The notes under the pieces: model-generated
Seen by the model: only the letters and a program-made list of their open reading frames with translations
Databases searched by the model: none
Told to the model about the DNA's origin: nothing
Program-made: the position numbers and the translations under genes
IMG/VR virus record: IMGVR_UViG_3300042446_000499
Location: 8,489-72,488 of that record
Strand: one strand, 5' to 3'
DNA: 64,000 nucleotides
DNA from: a virus
In this document: one piece after another, positions 49,730-58,516 of the stretch
Numbering within the stretch: position 1 is the stretch's first letter
Layout: every line of letters starts with the position of its first letter

Positions 49730-50323
49730 ATGATTTATCGCCTCATTACAGCAATTACCCTTTCCGCTACCACCTTCTTTGGTGCCATAACGACAGGAGG
49801 TGATGAGCCAGAGGCGAGTACAACGACAGTTGTAATCACAGTTCCTAAAGTGCACAGTATGTCAACCAACATGATGCACCCCGAACTAAGAGCACAGTTC
49901 AAAACAGGAAAGGCTGGCTCCATTAAGTTTTGGGAAGCAGTGTCTTGGTGTGAGACTAACCACAACTGGAAAGATGGTGGTTACTATGCAGGTGGACTTG
50001 GTATGGCGCAATCAGCGTGGCAAGGCTTTGGAGGTAGAGAGTTCTCACACTCCCCTAAGAATGCAACCAAAGAAGAACAAATTATTGTTGCTAATCGTTT
50101 GGCATTCTTTGGATACCAAACCAAGAATGTATTCAAGACACTTGATGACAAGTTGAACAACAGACCATTCTTTCGCCCTGCTATTGGATGGCGTGACTCC
50201 AGTAACTGGGGCAGGGACTGTGTGAACTGGAAGACACGTAAACCATTACGTATTGAATACACCCAACAAACTGTGCATGCAACAGACATGCTGGACAAGT
50301 ACCTGAAAATGCCACTACAATGA
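49730..50323 (+). CDS. Secreted Rpf-like lytic transglycosylase
   Basis: Signal peptide plus WEAV..CE...NW....Y.GGL......W...GG.......AT..EQI.VA (Rpf domain). Confidence 0.8.
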   Translation: MIYRLITAITLSATTFFGAITTGGDEPEASTTTVVITVPKVHSMSTNMMHPELRAQFKTGKAGSIKFWEAVSWCETNHNWKDGGYYAGGLGMAQSAWQGFGGREFSHSPKNATKEEQIIVANRLAFFGYQTKNVFKTLDDKLNNRPFFRPAIGWRDSSNWGRDCVNWKTRKPLRIEYTQQTVHATDMLDKYLKMPLQ

Positions 50324-50327
50324 CGAC

Positions 50328-50501
50328 ATGTCACAAGAAATAAAGTATGCATGCAAAGCATGTGGAGTAAGTATCTCCACTGGTATCACTTTGGTATCAC
50401 CACCCATACACAAGTGCCAAAAAAAAGCCAACAGAGCAATAGAATTGGAAGTACAAAATGAAACTGGGAATAGCAAGCGGAGACCGAGTACCAGCGAGTA
50501 G
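50328..50501 (+). CDS. Small zinc-finger protein (57 aa, not in the ORF track)
   Basis: Hand translation: YACKACG...H.C; fills the gap between genes. Confidence 0.45.
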   Translation: MSQEIKYACKACGVSISTGITLVSPPIHKCQKKANRAIELEVQNETGNSKRRPSTSE

Positions 50502-51546
50502 GTCACAAGATGGCGTTACCCATTGGGGTGGCGCTGGTTGGGTTCGCCTTGGTCAATACATGGACAAGATTGCCAATGAAGGCATTGAAGTTTGTATGGG
50601 CACATTGGTATGGAACCGTACACACTTTTCCATTGACACTAGTGATGGTATTGGTGAACACAACTATCAAGACGTAGACATTATTTACATGCAACGACTT
50701 ATGCATGCTACTTTGGCTACACACATAAAAGAGGCTCAGGCGTACGGACAGGTCATTATCAACGACCTTGACGACTGGTACTGGGGGTTGCACCCTAGCA
50801 ATGGCGCTTATGCATCCTCACACCCAAAGACTAACCCTAATGAGAACATCAACCACTACAAAGGCGTTCTTAGTGCCAGCAACCTTGTAACTGTGTCTAC
50901 CAACTATTTGGCTGAACGCATCTCTGCCTTTGTACGTTGTCCTATTTTGGTTATTGAAAACACCGTGGACGTGGCACGATTTACACCCGTTCAACATAGC
51001 GACACCACGCTTCCAGTGGTTGGTTGGGTAGGTTCAACAAATCACCGAAGTAACGACCTTGAGATACTTTCTGGCATTATGAAACCACTGTATGACAACA
51101 ATGAGATACTTTTGATGCATGCTGGATATCACATAGGAGCACCATCAGTAGCAAGCAAGTGGGGCGTTCTTGAAGAGTCTGTAGAACGTTACCCAGCGCT
51201 TGACCCAGAGCGTTACCCAGAGTTACTAAGAATGGAAGTGGGTGTGGCTCCACTTAGCGACATGCCATTCAACCACGCTAAGTCTGACATCAAACTTCTT
51301 GAATACTCTGCCTCTGGTATCCCTTGGGTCGGTTCTGACCTTCCTGCGTATCACAAACTTTGTGAGGAGTGGGGCATTGGTCGTACCGCAAAGAAACCGA
51401 AGCAATGGTTGTCTCATTTACGGGCACTAAAAAACCCCGACATCCGTTCCTCCGAAGGCTCCGCATTGCGTGAAGCCTCATGGAAGAGGGACATCGGGGT
51501 TGGTACTAAACAACTGTTAGAAGTTCTAAACTCCCTGTCTTCTTGA
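50458..51546 (+). CDS. GT-B glycosyltransferase
   Basis: DLDD, VTVST, VGWVGS..H..DL and APL....FN.AKS.IK.LEY...G.P motifs. Confidence 0.85.
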   Translation: MKLGIASGDRVPASRSQDGVTHWGGAGWVRLGQYMDKIANEGIEVCMGTLVWNRTHFSIDTSDGIGEHNYQDVDIIYMQRLMHATLATHIKEAQAYGQVIINDLDDWYWGLHPSNGAYASSHPKTNPNENINHYKGVLSASNLVTVSTNYLAERISAFVRCPILVIENTVDVARFTPVQHSDTTLPVVGWVGSTNHRSNDLEILSGIMKPLYDNNEILLMHAGYHIGAPSVASKWGVLEESVERYPALDPERYPELLRMEVGVAPLSDMPFNHAKSDIKLLEYSASGIPWVGSDLPAYHKLCEEWGIGRTAKKPKQWLSHLRALKNPDIRSSEGSALREASWKRDIGVGTKQLLEVLNSLSS

Positions 51547-51871
51547 ACTCTGCAAAGAGTTTGCGTCTATCGGAGGGAAAGGTTCCTGCCCAAATACCAT
51601 GCGGTTCATTGTTGAGAACAGCAAACTCATAGCATTGCTTACTAACAGTACAATTCTTACAGGCATTCATTGCTGTACTAATACGTTCTTTCTTCTCTCC
51701 CTTTTTGAGTCCTACTGAGTTGTAATCAAAAAAGACGTTCTTGGGTAGTTTCCCGCAGTTGGCGTACTCCCTCCACCCTGTACTCATGACATGCCGAAGG
51801 TTAGGGAAAGAGACGGCGGTTTCCGCCTCCCCTTCCCCTACCGCTATGGTCACACCCTTGCTAAGGGTCAC
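51506..51871 (-). CDS. whiB: Second WhiB-family transcription factor
   Basis: W...A.C....FF...C..C.V...C...A......GIWAG....R. Confidence 0.85.
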   Translation of the reverse strand: MTLSKGVTIAVGEGEAETAVSFPNLRHVMSTGWREYANCGKLPKNVFFDYNSVGLKKGEKKERISTAMNACKNCTVSKQCYEFAVLNNEPHGIWAGTFPSDRRKLFAEFKKTGSLELLTVV

Positions 51872-52899
51872 AACAACACCAGTTCATTGAGCACACTCAT
51901 TACGTGGGCATCAGCCTGCTCTATTCTTCCGTTGATGGAGTTCATGGCATTACGTTCTGAACGTGTCTTGTTGTTACCAGCAATGTGGTGCTGGTAGGTA
52001 TTGAAGACCTGCACGACTCCCAGTGCTGTTCCCTGCCATGGTGCAACCATTGGGTCAGAGTTGTACATGGTGCGAAGAATGTCTTGCTTGTTCTGCATCC
52101 GTGAGATAGCAGACTGACAAACCGTTCCTTCTTCACCGACAGGTGCAAGGCGATTGACAATGGCATCCCACTCATTGCTATTTACGCTGGTGTTAGACAA
52201 ACGCTCAATCTCTGCAATGATGTCTTCAGTCATAGTGAACATGATGTCCAATGCCTGACGAATGGATTGGAGTTGCATGTTGCTGTTCTTACTATGGCGA
52301 GCCTTGAACTGTGCACCATCTGTAGCAAGTCCTGCAAACAAGGTGTTGTCACATACTGGGGCGTTGTACACCTGCTTGTACGTGGTGGAAATGGTTCCGT
52401 TGTGGCTGGTGGTTGCCAACAAGATTGGACGTACAGGGAAACCAGCAGTGGTCTGAATGTTGTCAGGCATGGATACTGCTACCCAAGCGATGCCACCTTC
52501 ACGTAAGCATCCAGCAGAGTCTACGACCAACTGGTTGTCGTCAATGATGTTGCTGACATTGTCAAGCAGTGTGTGACGGTACTGGTGGATGGCATAGTTC
52601 TCCTTGAAGACTCCCATTACGTGGTTGTTGTCATCACGCATGATTGCCTTACGGTCAGTCTGTTCAACGTAACGAATGATGTTTCCATCAGCGTCATGGA
52701 GTGCAATGTAGATTGGTGTTTCAACGGCGTTCCAAAAGAAGAGGCGGCGCTCAACATCTTCAATGGGGATTGCTCCGTCATAGTGGTTTGGCTCATCGCC
52801 TTGGGACTCTGCACGATAATGCCATGCGTTGTATCCACGCTTGGCTACATTGCCGATTAGTGTCATTGTATTTAGCGTACGTGATGACTCTTTGCTCAT
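51868..52899 (-). CDS. DUF932-family (phage/plasmid TIGR03299-like) protein
   Basis: AWH, G.L..G, LL.TSH.G, VC.NT and RH motifs. Confidence 0.8.
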   Translation of the reverse strand: MSKESSRTLNTMTLIGNVAKRGYNAWHYRAESQGDEPNHYDGAIPIEDVERRLFFWNAVETPIYIALHDADGNIIRYVEQTDRKAIMRDDNNHVMGVFKENYAIHQYRHTLLDNVSNIIDDNQLVVDSAGCLREGGIAWVAVSMPDNIQTTAGFPVRPILLATTSHNGTISTTYKQVYNAPVCDNTLFAGLATDGAQFKARHSKNSNMQLQSIRQALDIMFTMTEDIIAEIERLSNTSVNSNEWDAIVNRLAPVGEEGTVCQSAISRMQNKQDILRTMYNSDPMVAPWQGTALGVVQVFNTYQHHIAGNNKTRSERNAMNSINGRIEQADAHVMSVLNELVLL

Positions 52900-52942
52900 T
52901 TCATATTCCTTATGTTTGTGGGGCGTTGCCCCTGTTATTATT

Positions 52943-52984
52943 ACTTTACTTGTTGAGTGGTGTCTGCATGGGGTAGGGGGGGGG
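52943..52984 (-). promoter_or_regulatory. C-box promoter (leadered, drives DUF932-whiB)
   Basis: C9-TACCCC-20 nt-G-TAAAGT on the minus strand, abutting the helicase TGA. Confidence 0.8.
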
Positions 52985-54868
52985 TCACCCCATCATCTCC
53001 GAAAGTAGAAGGGCTGTCACACTACCTGCCTCAGCGTTCATGTCCTCTCCCCAACCATCAAGGCAAGCAGAGATAGTTTCTTGTTTAGCATTGCAGATTG
53101 CCCACATACGAGCGTCAATGGTTGGTGACTCAGTGTCAATGGCTGTCAGCCACCAAGCGACTACGGCATTCTTGACGCCATAGCGCCATGCCCTGTCCTC
53201 TGCCTGTGCACCAACGCTGGGCGACCATGGTATTTCAACCATGACCACGTGGCTGGCGACTTGAAGGTTGAGTCCTACGCTTGATGCATCGTATTGTCCA
53301 ATGAACAACCGAGCCTCTCCACTGGTGAACTTATTGACAGCGTTGTTCTTTGTTTCAGCAGTCATGCCACCAGCAACTACGACAACTCCATCGTTCTTGA
53401 AGTGCTCCTTGATGGCGTTGATTACATTGGTGTGGTACGCAAATGCAATGACTTGCTCTCCTGCCTCCAGCAATGAACGGATGTGAGCACATGCTGGCTC
53501 TACCTTTGCTTCACCAAGCAACTGCCTAAGTTTATTTATCTCTGTAATGACGGGAGCCTTGCTCGCTGCCATGTACGCATCATTGCCATAGTTCTCCATC
53601 ACCCAAGCAAGGAAATCTTCCTCAGCCTTGCGATACTTGTTCATAGATGCCTCAGACAACTCAACGTCTAACTGGGCACGTCTTTTGGGGGGAAGGTCTT
53701 CCAGTACATCCACCTTGCGTGTACGTGTGTAGACGGTGGAGCGCAGTATCTCATTTAGTTCTGATGTGTTAGAGGCTCCACTGGTGTTAGGAAACCCATT
53801 GACCATCTTGTAATCACAGTAACGGGTAAGGAACTGTCTCTTAGTACCGAACACTGGGTCAAGCCTGCCGATAATCTTCAACGGAGAAATAAACTCAGAC
53901 GGACGGTTAGGAATGATGGTTCCCGACAGCAACACGCAGTAACCATCCTTGGGAACCTGTGTAGCAATACGGGACAAGCCTTTAGTGCGATTGCTGTTCT
54001 CAGTCTTGAAACGGTGAGCCTCATCAACGACAAGGCTGGTGAACTTGCCAGCAAGGACATTCTGCCAAGCCTCAATGATGGAGTCGGGCACTAACAGCAC
54101 GTCACATTTTGGCAACTTGTATGGCTTACGACCCTTGATGGATGACACCTTGAGCCAAGGAGCAAACCTCTTTAGTTCTGCTTTCCATTGGTACACGAGG
54201 TTTGGTGGTACGGATACCATCACCTTGTGACCTTCCTTGACAGCCATATGCGCTACAGCAATGCCGATGGGCGTTTTACCAAGACCCATGTCCTGACATA
54301 CCAACGTACGGCGTGTACGGCGAACGAACTCAATGGCTGACTTCTGATAACCAAGGAGAGGTAGTTGTAGGTCAAAATCAAGGTCAAAATCCTTGGCATT
54401 TGACAAAGTAAATAAACCTCCGTCAGGGATAATCGGTGGCACCACTTTGTCTAACGTTTGTACGAACTCATCAAGTGCAGAACGCAACGCTGAAGAATAC
54501 GTAACGTCAGGTACGACAGTTACGGCAGAGCACTTATCAACGGCATGAAATGTACGCCACGCACCCTTTAGAAAGACCTTGTGCCCTGCACCAGCAAGGA
54601 CTACTTCATCACAGAGATGGCATTTACCTTTGGCAGTGTTCACAATAATGCGTGTGACTTCTTCAGGGATGTGCGCTAGCGCAGGTGTGCGCTCTACTGG
54701 CAGATATGCCAAGTAATCAAGCAATGAGGATGCTGACTTGAATGTCAGTTTCTCTAATTCCATTGCGCTAATCCAGTTGTCAATGCACCCAACCATTTCT
54801 AGTGGGCTGGTACGTTGTTCTAACGCATCATGTATGTCACGTTGTTGCCTTGGTGTAATTCCGTTCAT
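52985..54868 (-). CDS. SNF2-family helicase (HARP/SMARCAL1-like)
   Basis: DMGLGKT, DEAH, LSGT, VGLNL and QAEDRA.R.G motifs; leaderless start. Confidence 0.9.
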   Translation of the reverse strand: MNGITPRQQRDIHDALEQRTSPLEMVGCIDNWISAMELEKLTFKSASSLLDYLAYLPVERTPALAHIPEEVTRIIVNTAKGKCHLCDEVVLAGAGHKVFLKGAWRTFHAVDKCSAVTVVPDVTYSSALRSALDEFVQTLDKVVPPIIPDGGLFTLSNAKDFDLDFDLQLPLLGYQKSAIEFVRRTRRTLVCQDMGLGKTPIGIAVAHMAVKEGHKVMVSVPPNLVYQWKAELKRFAPWLKVSSIKGRKPYKLPKCDVLLVPDSIIEAWQNVLAGKFTSLVVDEAHRFKTENSNRTKGLSRIATQVPKDGYCVLLSGTIIPNRPSEFISPLKIIGRLDPVFGTKRQFLTRYCDYKMVNGFPNTSGASNTSELNEILRSTVYTRTRKVDVLEDLPPKRRAQLDVELSEASMNKYRKAEEDFLAWVMENYGNDAYMAASKAPVITEINKLRQLLGEAKVEPACAHIRSLLEAGEQVIAFAYHTNVINAIKEHFKNDGVVVVAGGMTAETKNNAVNKFTSGEARLFIGQYDASSVGLNLQVASHVVMVEIPWSPSVGAQAEDRAWRYGVKNAVVAWWLTAIDTESPTIDARMWAICNAKQETISACLDGWGEDMNAEAGSVTALLLSEMMG

Positions 54869-54874
54869 GCCGAT

Positions 54875-54915
54875 ACCTTAGTTCTTAGTGGTGTTGTCCA
54901 TGGGGTAGGGGGGGG
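54875..54915 (-). promoter_or_regulatory. C-box promoter (leaderless, helicase)
   Basis: C8-TACCCC-20 nt-C-TAAGGT-6 nt-ATG 54868. Confidence 0.85.
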
Positions 54916-54948
54916 TACCCCATGGAGGTGGGGTGCCAATACTACAGT
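54916..54948 (+). promoter_or_regulatory. Divergent half C-box promoter (leaderless)
   Basis: TACCCC-20 nt-C-TACAGT-6 nt-ATG 54955; the upstream C run is replaced by G8. Confidence 0.7.
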
Positions 54949-54954
54949 GGGGTT

Positions 54955-55152
54955 ATGAAAAGCAACACATTCACGATTGACGAATACGTAGGTCTACCTG
55001 AAATCCTAAGAGCACTAGAGGCATTAGAGTCAGTTACCTACACCCATAAACAAGCAAATACGTACAATACACCTAATGACACAGATGCATTGTGGGAACA
55101 CATAAATGATGCTCTACACGTTGTAGAGAAAATAAAAGAAACAAGGAAATAA
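54955..55152 (+). CDS. Small early protein
   Basis: Start reassigned to ATG 54955 from promoter geometry. Confidence 0.6.
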   Translation: MKSNTFTIDEYVGLPEILRALEALESVTYTHKQANTYNTPNDTDALWEHINDALHVVEKIKETRK

Positions 55153-55156
55153 CAAC

Positions 55157-55696
55157 ATGCCAAACTGGACAAACAACTGTCTCTCTGTAGAGGGAGACGA
55201 CCAAGAAGTACAAGACTTCATCAACAAAGTAACGACAGAGGGTGACGACACTTACTCAATTCTCAACACGCTACTACCCACACCCACAGACCTCGGTGAC
55301 GATGGTTGGTACAACTGGAACATATCTAACTGGGGAACCAAATGGCAAGATAGTGATACTACTCTTGTTATTCGTGATAAGGGTTACGTGTTTTTTAGAT
55401 TTGATACTGCATGGGCACCACCACTAGTAGGTTTTGAGTCCATTTCAGTTATGTTCCCTGAACTTACATTTATTATCACATATGAAGAGATGGGCATGGG
55501 CTTTGTGGGATGTGCTGGATATCTAAATGGTATTCAGGCTCATGTAGAACGTGAAGACATCTCTATCCCCGAAGAAACAGCAGATGATGACCTCATGGAC
55601 GTCATGAACGAAAGGTACACAATACTGGTAGATGATTGTGAAGCACAAGTACGCCACGCAATGAATGCCCCCCTACCCCTAGCAAAGACCCTCTAA
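55157..55696 (+). CDS. DUF1281/YubB ferredoxin-like domain protein
   Basis: MPNW..N, WY.W...NWGTKW, F.TAW.PP and Y.E.G..F.G motifs. Confidence 0.75.
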   Translation: MPNWTNNCLSVEGDDQEVQDFINKVTTEGDDTYSILNTLLPTPTDLGDDGWYNWNISNWGTKWQDSDTTLVIRDKGYVFFRFDTAWAPPLVGFESISVMFPELTFIITYEEMGMGFVGCAGYLNGIQAHVEREDISIPEETADDDLMDVMNERYTILVDDCEAQVRHAMNAPLPLAKTL

Positions 55697-55706
55697 GAAC
55701 TAAGAT
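55668..55706 (+). promoter_or_regulatory. C-box promoter (leaderless)
   Basis: Box-20 nt-C-TAAGAT-6 nt-ATG 55713. Confidence 0.85.
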
Positions 55707-55712
55707 AATGAC

Positions 55713-56036
55713 ATGACCCCACAAGAATACACAGACACATTCCATTACATCCAGCGCAACCTTGAGCAGATTACTTCATTTGCGATTGAGCATGCTATCA
55801 AGGAAAAATTACAACCCATGCTGGATGAGTACCGTAAAGAGGCAGAGACTTACCTAGACCACGGCTACGATGAACTTGACCATTGGCATGCCTTTGGTGA
55901 CAGGGTAGACCTCAACTACGTGAGCCGTAACCTTACAAACATTGTTTGCCTTGCCTATCCCGTAGTCAATGGTGTACCCAACTACGATGAGGAATATGAA
56001 ATACCCATCTCCTTTCCAGCAGACTGGAACAACTAA
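55713..56036 (+). CDS. Acidic early protein
   Basis: Leaderless ATG; ORF track. Confidence 0.65.
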   Translation: MTPQEYTDTFHYIQRNLEQITSFAIEHAIKEKLQPMLDEYRKEAETYLDHGYDELDHWHAFGDRVDLNYVSRNLTNIVCLAYPVVNGVPNYDEEYEIPISFPADWNN

Positions 56037-56248
56037 TGTCAGAACAAGATGAACAAGACTACGCCAACATGTTGGCAGACGTAGAAGAACAATACGGTGC
56101 TTCACACGATTACAAGATGGATTATCTTTCGTGGAAAGAAGATGACGAAACAGCAACCGAACAACACTACATGGCATCAGGTCAATACGAATGGAACCTA
56201 GAGCGTTATGCAGACAAACTACACCCACCCGAAGAAATGGATTTCTAA
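56036..56248 (+). CDS. Very acidic small protein
   Basis: TAATG-coupled; D/E-rich. Confidence 0.6.
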   Translation: MSEQDEQDYANMLADVEEQYGASHDYKMDYLSWKEDDETATEQHYMASGQYEWNLERYADKLHPPEEMDF

Positions 56249-56433
56249 TGAAAAAGCAATATGCAGTTTATGTAACAGAGAATGTTAGTCACATGTATGT
56301 GATTGAGGCAGAGTCAGCAGAAGAGGCAGAGAACATCTACCACTCCTATGACGATGACCAACTGAAGTCAGAAGACTGTGATGGTTCCGTAGGATGGGAC
56401 AGCCCATGGGAAGTTGTGGAATACAGTGAATAA
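56248..56433 (+). CDS. Small acidic protein (xEAESxEEA family, paralog of 57691)
   Basis: TAATG-coupled start at 56248. Confidence 0.6.
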   Translation: MKKQYAVYVTENVSHMYVIEAESAEEAENIYHSYDDDQLKSEDCDGSVGWDSPWEVVEYSE

Positions 56434-56695
56434 CAACATTATCCAAAAGAATGACACCACGTACATGCACATTGACGATTGGTACATTGGCGTACACCTT
56501 GACCGTAATGGTGACCTTATGGTGTTCATTGACCACGAAGATGGGAAAGTAGTGGAGTACAACGAAGTAATTGCAGAAGACGACACTCAATGGGGTCAGG
56601 GGTTTCATGTTGTACGTGCTACACGCCCAACAAACCCCCCTACCCCACGCACAACAATGCTACGCAGTAGAGTACATGTAGAGGTAACACAATGA
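56426..56695 (+). CDS. Hypothetical early protein
   Basis: GTG overlapping the upstream gene end; ORF track 56414..56695. Confidence 0.5.
   Translation: MNNNIIQKNDTTYMHIDDWYIGVHLDRNGDLMVFIDHEDGKVVEYNEVIAEDDTQWGQGFHVVRATRPTNPPTPRTTMLRSRVHVEVTQ
56635..56673 (+). promoter_or_regulatory. C-box promoter (leadered)
   Basis: Box-20 nt-G-TAGAGT; GAGGT RBS before ATG 56692. Confidence 0.75.
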
Positions 56696-56973
56696 ATTAC
56701 AAAGGAATAAACTGCCATGTTATTTGGGGCAATGAAGACCCTGAATACTTTTACATTTCGTTTGGCACATACGATTATGAGACAGACATAAAGCATGACT
56801 CATACGGCGTAGAAGATGACAGCATCTTCTTCTATTTTGACAACAACGAACAAGAGGCTCTTCTAAAGGCTCTTACACTTGGGCAGATACTAAAAAACCC
56901 CACGTTCTCTGTATCAGATGAATGGTACATTGACTTCCCTATGGGCTATGAGTTAGTAGAGGCTGATTTCTAA
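56692..56973 (+). CDS. Acidic early protein
   Basis: RBS plus ORF; D..IFFY motif. Confidence 0.6.
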   Translation: MNYKGINCHVIWGNEDPEYFYISFGTYDYETDIKHDSYGVEDDSIFFYFDNNEQEALLKALTLGQILKNPTFSVSDEWYIDFPMGYELVEADF

Positions 56974-57158
56974 TGCACGTTACTAACTGGGCTAAGTGGA
57001 CACGTGCCAAGAAGAAAACCATTGTTGTTCTTTACACCATAGGCATTGCACTGGGTTTCACCATTGAGAAAGCCTCCATATGGTGGGGTGTGTTTGGTCT
57101 CTTCCTATGCTTCATTGGTGCATTACTGATGAACACTATTCGCCGTTATGAATGGTGA
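56973..57158 (+). CDS. Small two-TM membrane protein
   Basis: TAATG-coupled; two hydrophobic helices. Confidence 0.6.
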   Translation: MHVTNWAKWTRAKKKTIVVLYTIGIALGFTIEKASIWWGVFGLFLCFIGALLMNTIRRYEW

Positions 57159-57160
57159 GT

Positions 57161-57229
57161 CCTGTGAGGGATGCTTCGCTCCCATAGTTCGTCGTTGCCC
57201 TATGGTAGTAGCGGAGCATTCCTCAGAGG
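57161..57229 (+). other. Long RNA hairpin between cassettes
   Basis: TGAGGGATGCTTCGCT pairs with AGCGGAGCATTCCTCA (two G:U), with an inner CCATAG/CTATGG stem. Confidence 0.65.
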
Positions 57230-57234
57230 TCTTA

Positions 57235-57271
57235 CCCCTACCCCACGCAGATACACACACCAAACTAAGAT
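57235..57271 (+). promoter_or_regulatory. C-box promoter (leaderless)
   Basis: Box-20 nt-C-TAAGAT-6 nt-ATG 57278. Confidence 0.85.
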
Positions 57272-57277
57272 AAGAAC

Positions 57278-57691
57278 ATGAACGACACACAAATTACTGA
57301 AGACCAATGGGAAGCACAATACAAGCCCATTACCAACCACCTAGACGCTAACGCATCATGGAATGGCATTATGTATGAGACCTTTGGTGCCGAAGAGGAC
57401 TTCGTTCGCCAACAACCCGCCAACAACGTATGGACGTGGGTAGATGGTGATGAGGGAACATTTATTGTTGCTGGAATGGCATATGTAAATCGCATTGGTT
57501 ACTTCGTGACCAGTGAGCCATGGACTGACTATGTAGAAATACAAGTAGATGCTTACGTGTCTACTGATGATACCGAAGAACTAAGACAACGGTTACAAGA
57601 TAACCTCCTTGCGTACTTAGATGGCATGCCTGAAGACGTATTAGACAAAGTATGTCAAATAGTTATTGACACAGTAATGGAAACAAAGTAA
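57278..57691 (+). CDS. Conserved phage early protein
   Basis: YETFG.E...VWT..DGD.....G...VNRIGY..T..P motif. Confidence 0.65.
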   Translation: MNDTQITEDQWEAQYKPITNHLDANASWNGIMYETFGAEEDFVRQQPANNVWTWVDGDEGTFIVAGMAYVNRIGYFVTSEPWTDYVEIQVDAYVSTDDTEELRQRLQDNLLAYLDGMPEDVLDKVCQIVIDTVMETK

Positions 57692-57882
57692 TGCCTACAT
57701 ACACAATGACACATATCCTGATTACACAGCACATACACGAAGTAGATGCAGAGGATGAGGACACAGCACGTGCTCTATTTGAGACCAACCAGTCATGGTG
57801 CGTGGACACAAAGGAGTCACACCTAGAAACAGACGTAGTGTTAGTGACCCCCTACCCCACGCACGACCAACCCGACAACTAA
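57691..57882 (+). CDS. Small acidic protein (paralog of 56248)
   Basis: MP.Y.......EVDAEDEDTA. Confidence 0.55.
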   Translation: MPTYTMTHILITQHIHEVDAEDEDTARALFETNQSWCVDTKESHLETDVVLVTPYPTHDQPDN

Positions 57883-57885
57883 GAT
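57848..57885 (+). promoter_or_regulatory. C-box promoter (leadered)
   Basis: Box-20 nt-C-TAAGAT; AAGGA RBS before ATG 57919. Confidence 0.8.
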
Positions 57886-57918
57886 AACTAATAACAACCA
57901 CAACAAAAGGACAACGAC

Positions 57919-58413
57919 ATGGGATTAGACCAATACCTCTCCGCTAAGAAATACGTTTCAGGCGCAGACCACAGCAACGACACAGACAAGAACACTTTTG
58001 CTGAGATAGCAAAAGCATTGAAAGTTTCACATTTATTTATTACTGACAATATGCCATCTGCTGAAGTCACTATCAAGGTAGGACAGTGGCGCAAAGCAAA
58101 CCAAATCCACAACTGGTTTGTGAACAACGTGCAGGGTGGCGAGGACGACTGCCGTTCATATTACGTTAGCAAAGAGAACCTAGAAACATTGCTAGACCTT
58201 TGCAGGCAAGTGTACGCAAAGCGTGACAATGACTTTGCAGAAGAAGTGTTACCAACTACATCAGGTTTCTTCTTTGGTGATACCAGTTTTGATGAACATT
58301 ACTACAATGACGTTCTCTACACGGCTCTTACCCTTGAACAACTATTGAATGACCCTACTCTGTCAGACACTAGTGGATGGGCTTGGGAGTTCTCTTACCA
58401 GTCATCGTGGTGA
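57919..58413 (+). CDS. Conserved phage protein (MGLD...WRKAN.IH.WF family)
   Basis: MGLDQYL, WRKANQIHNWFV, LPT..GFFFG and Y.SSW motifs. Confidence 0.75.
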   Translation: MGLDQYLSAKKYVSGADHSNDTDKNTFAEIAKALKVSHLFITDNMPSAEVTIKVGQWRKANQIHNWFVNNVQGGEDDCRSYYVSKENLETLLDLCRQVYAKRDNDFAEEVLPTTSGFFFGDTSFDEHYYNDVLYTALTLEQLLNDPTLSDTSGWAWEFSYQSSW

Positions 58414-58451
58414 CCCCCTACCCCTAGGAGAGACACCCAAACAACTAAGAT
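58414..58451 (+). promoter_or_regulatory. C-box promoter
   Basis: TGA-box-20 nt-C-TAAGAT-6 nt-GTG 58458. Confidence 0.85.
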
Positions 58452-58516
58452 GTGGGAGTGGAGAAACTGGCTGACAGGCGAAGACTCCACACCTATCTCA
58501 ACACAAAGGCAACAAC

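Noticed and set aside
54902-54933. G-quadruplex function for the box
   Set aside because: A typical copy has only two G tracts, and the fixed distance to a -10 hexamer explains the motif better.
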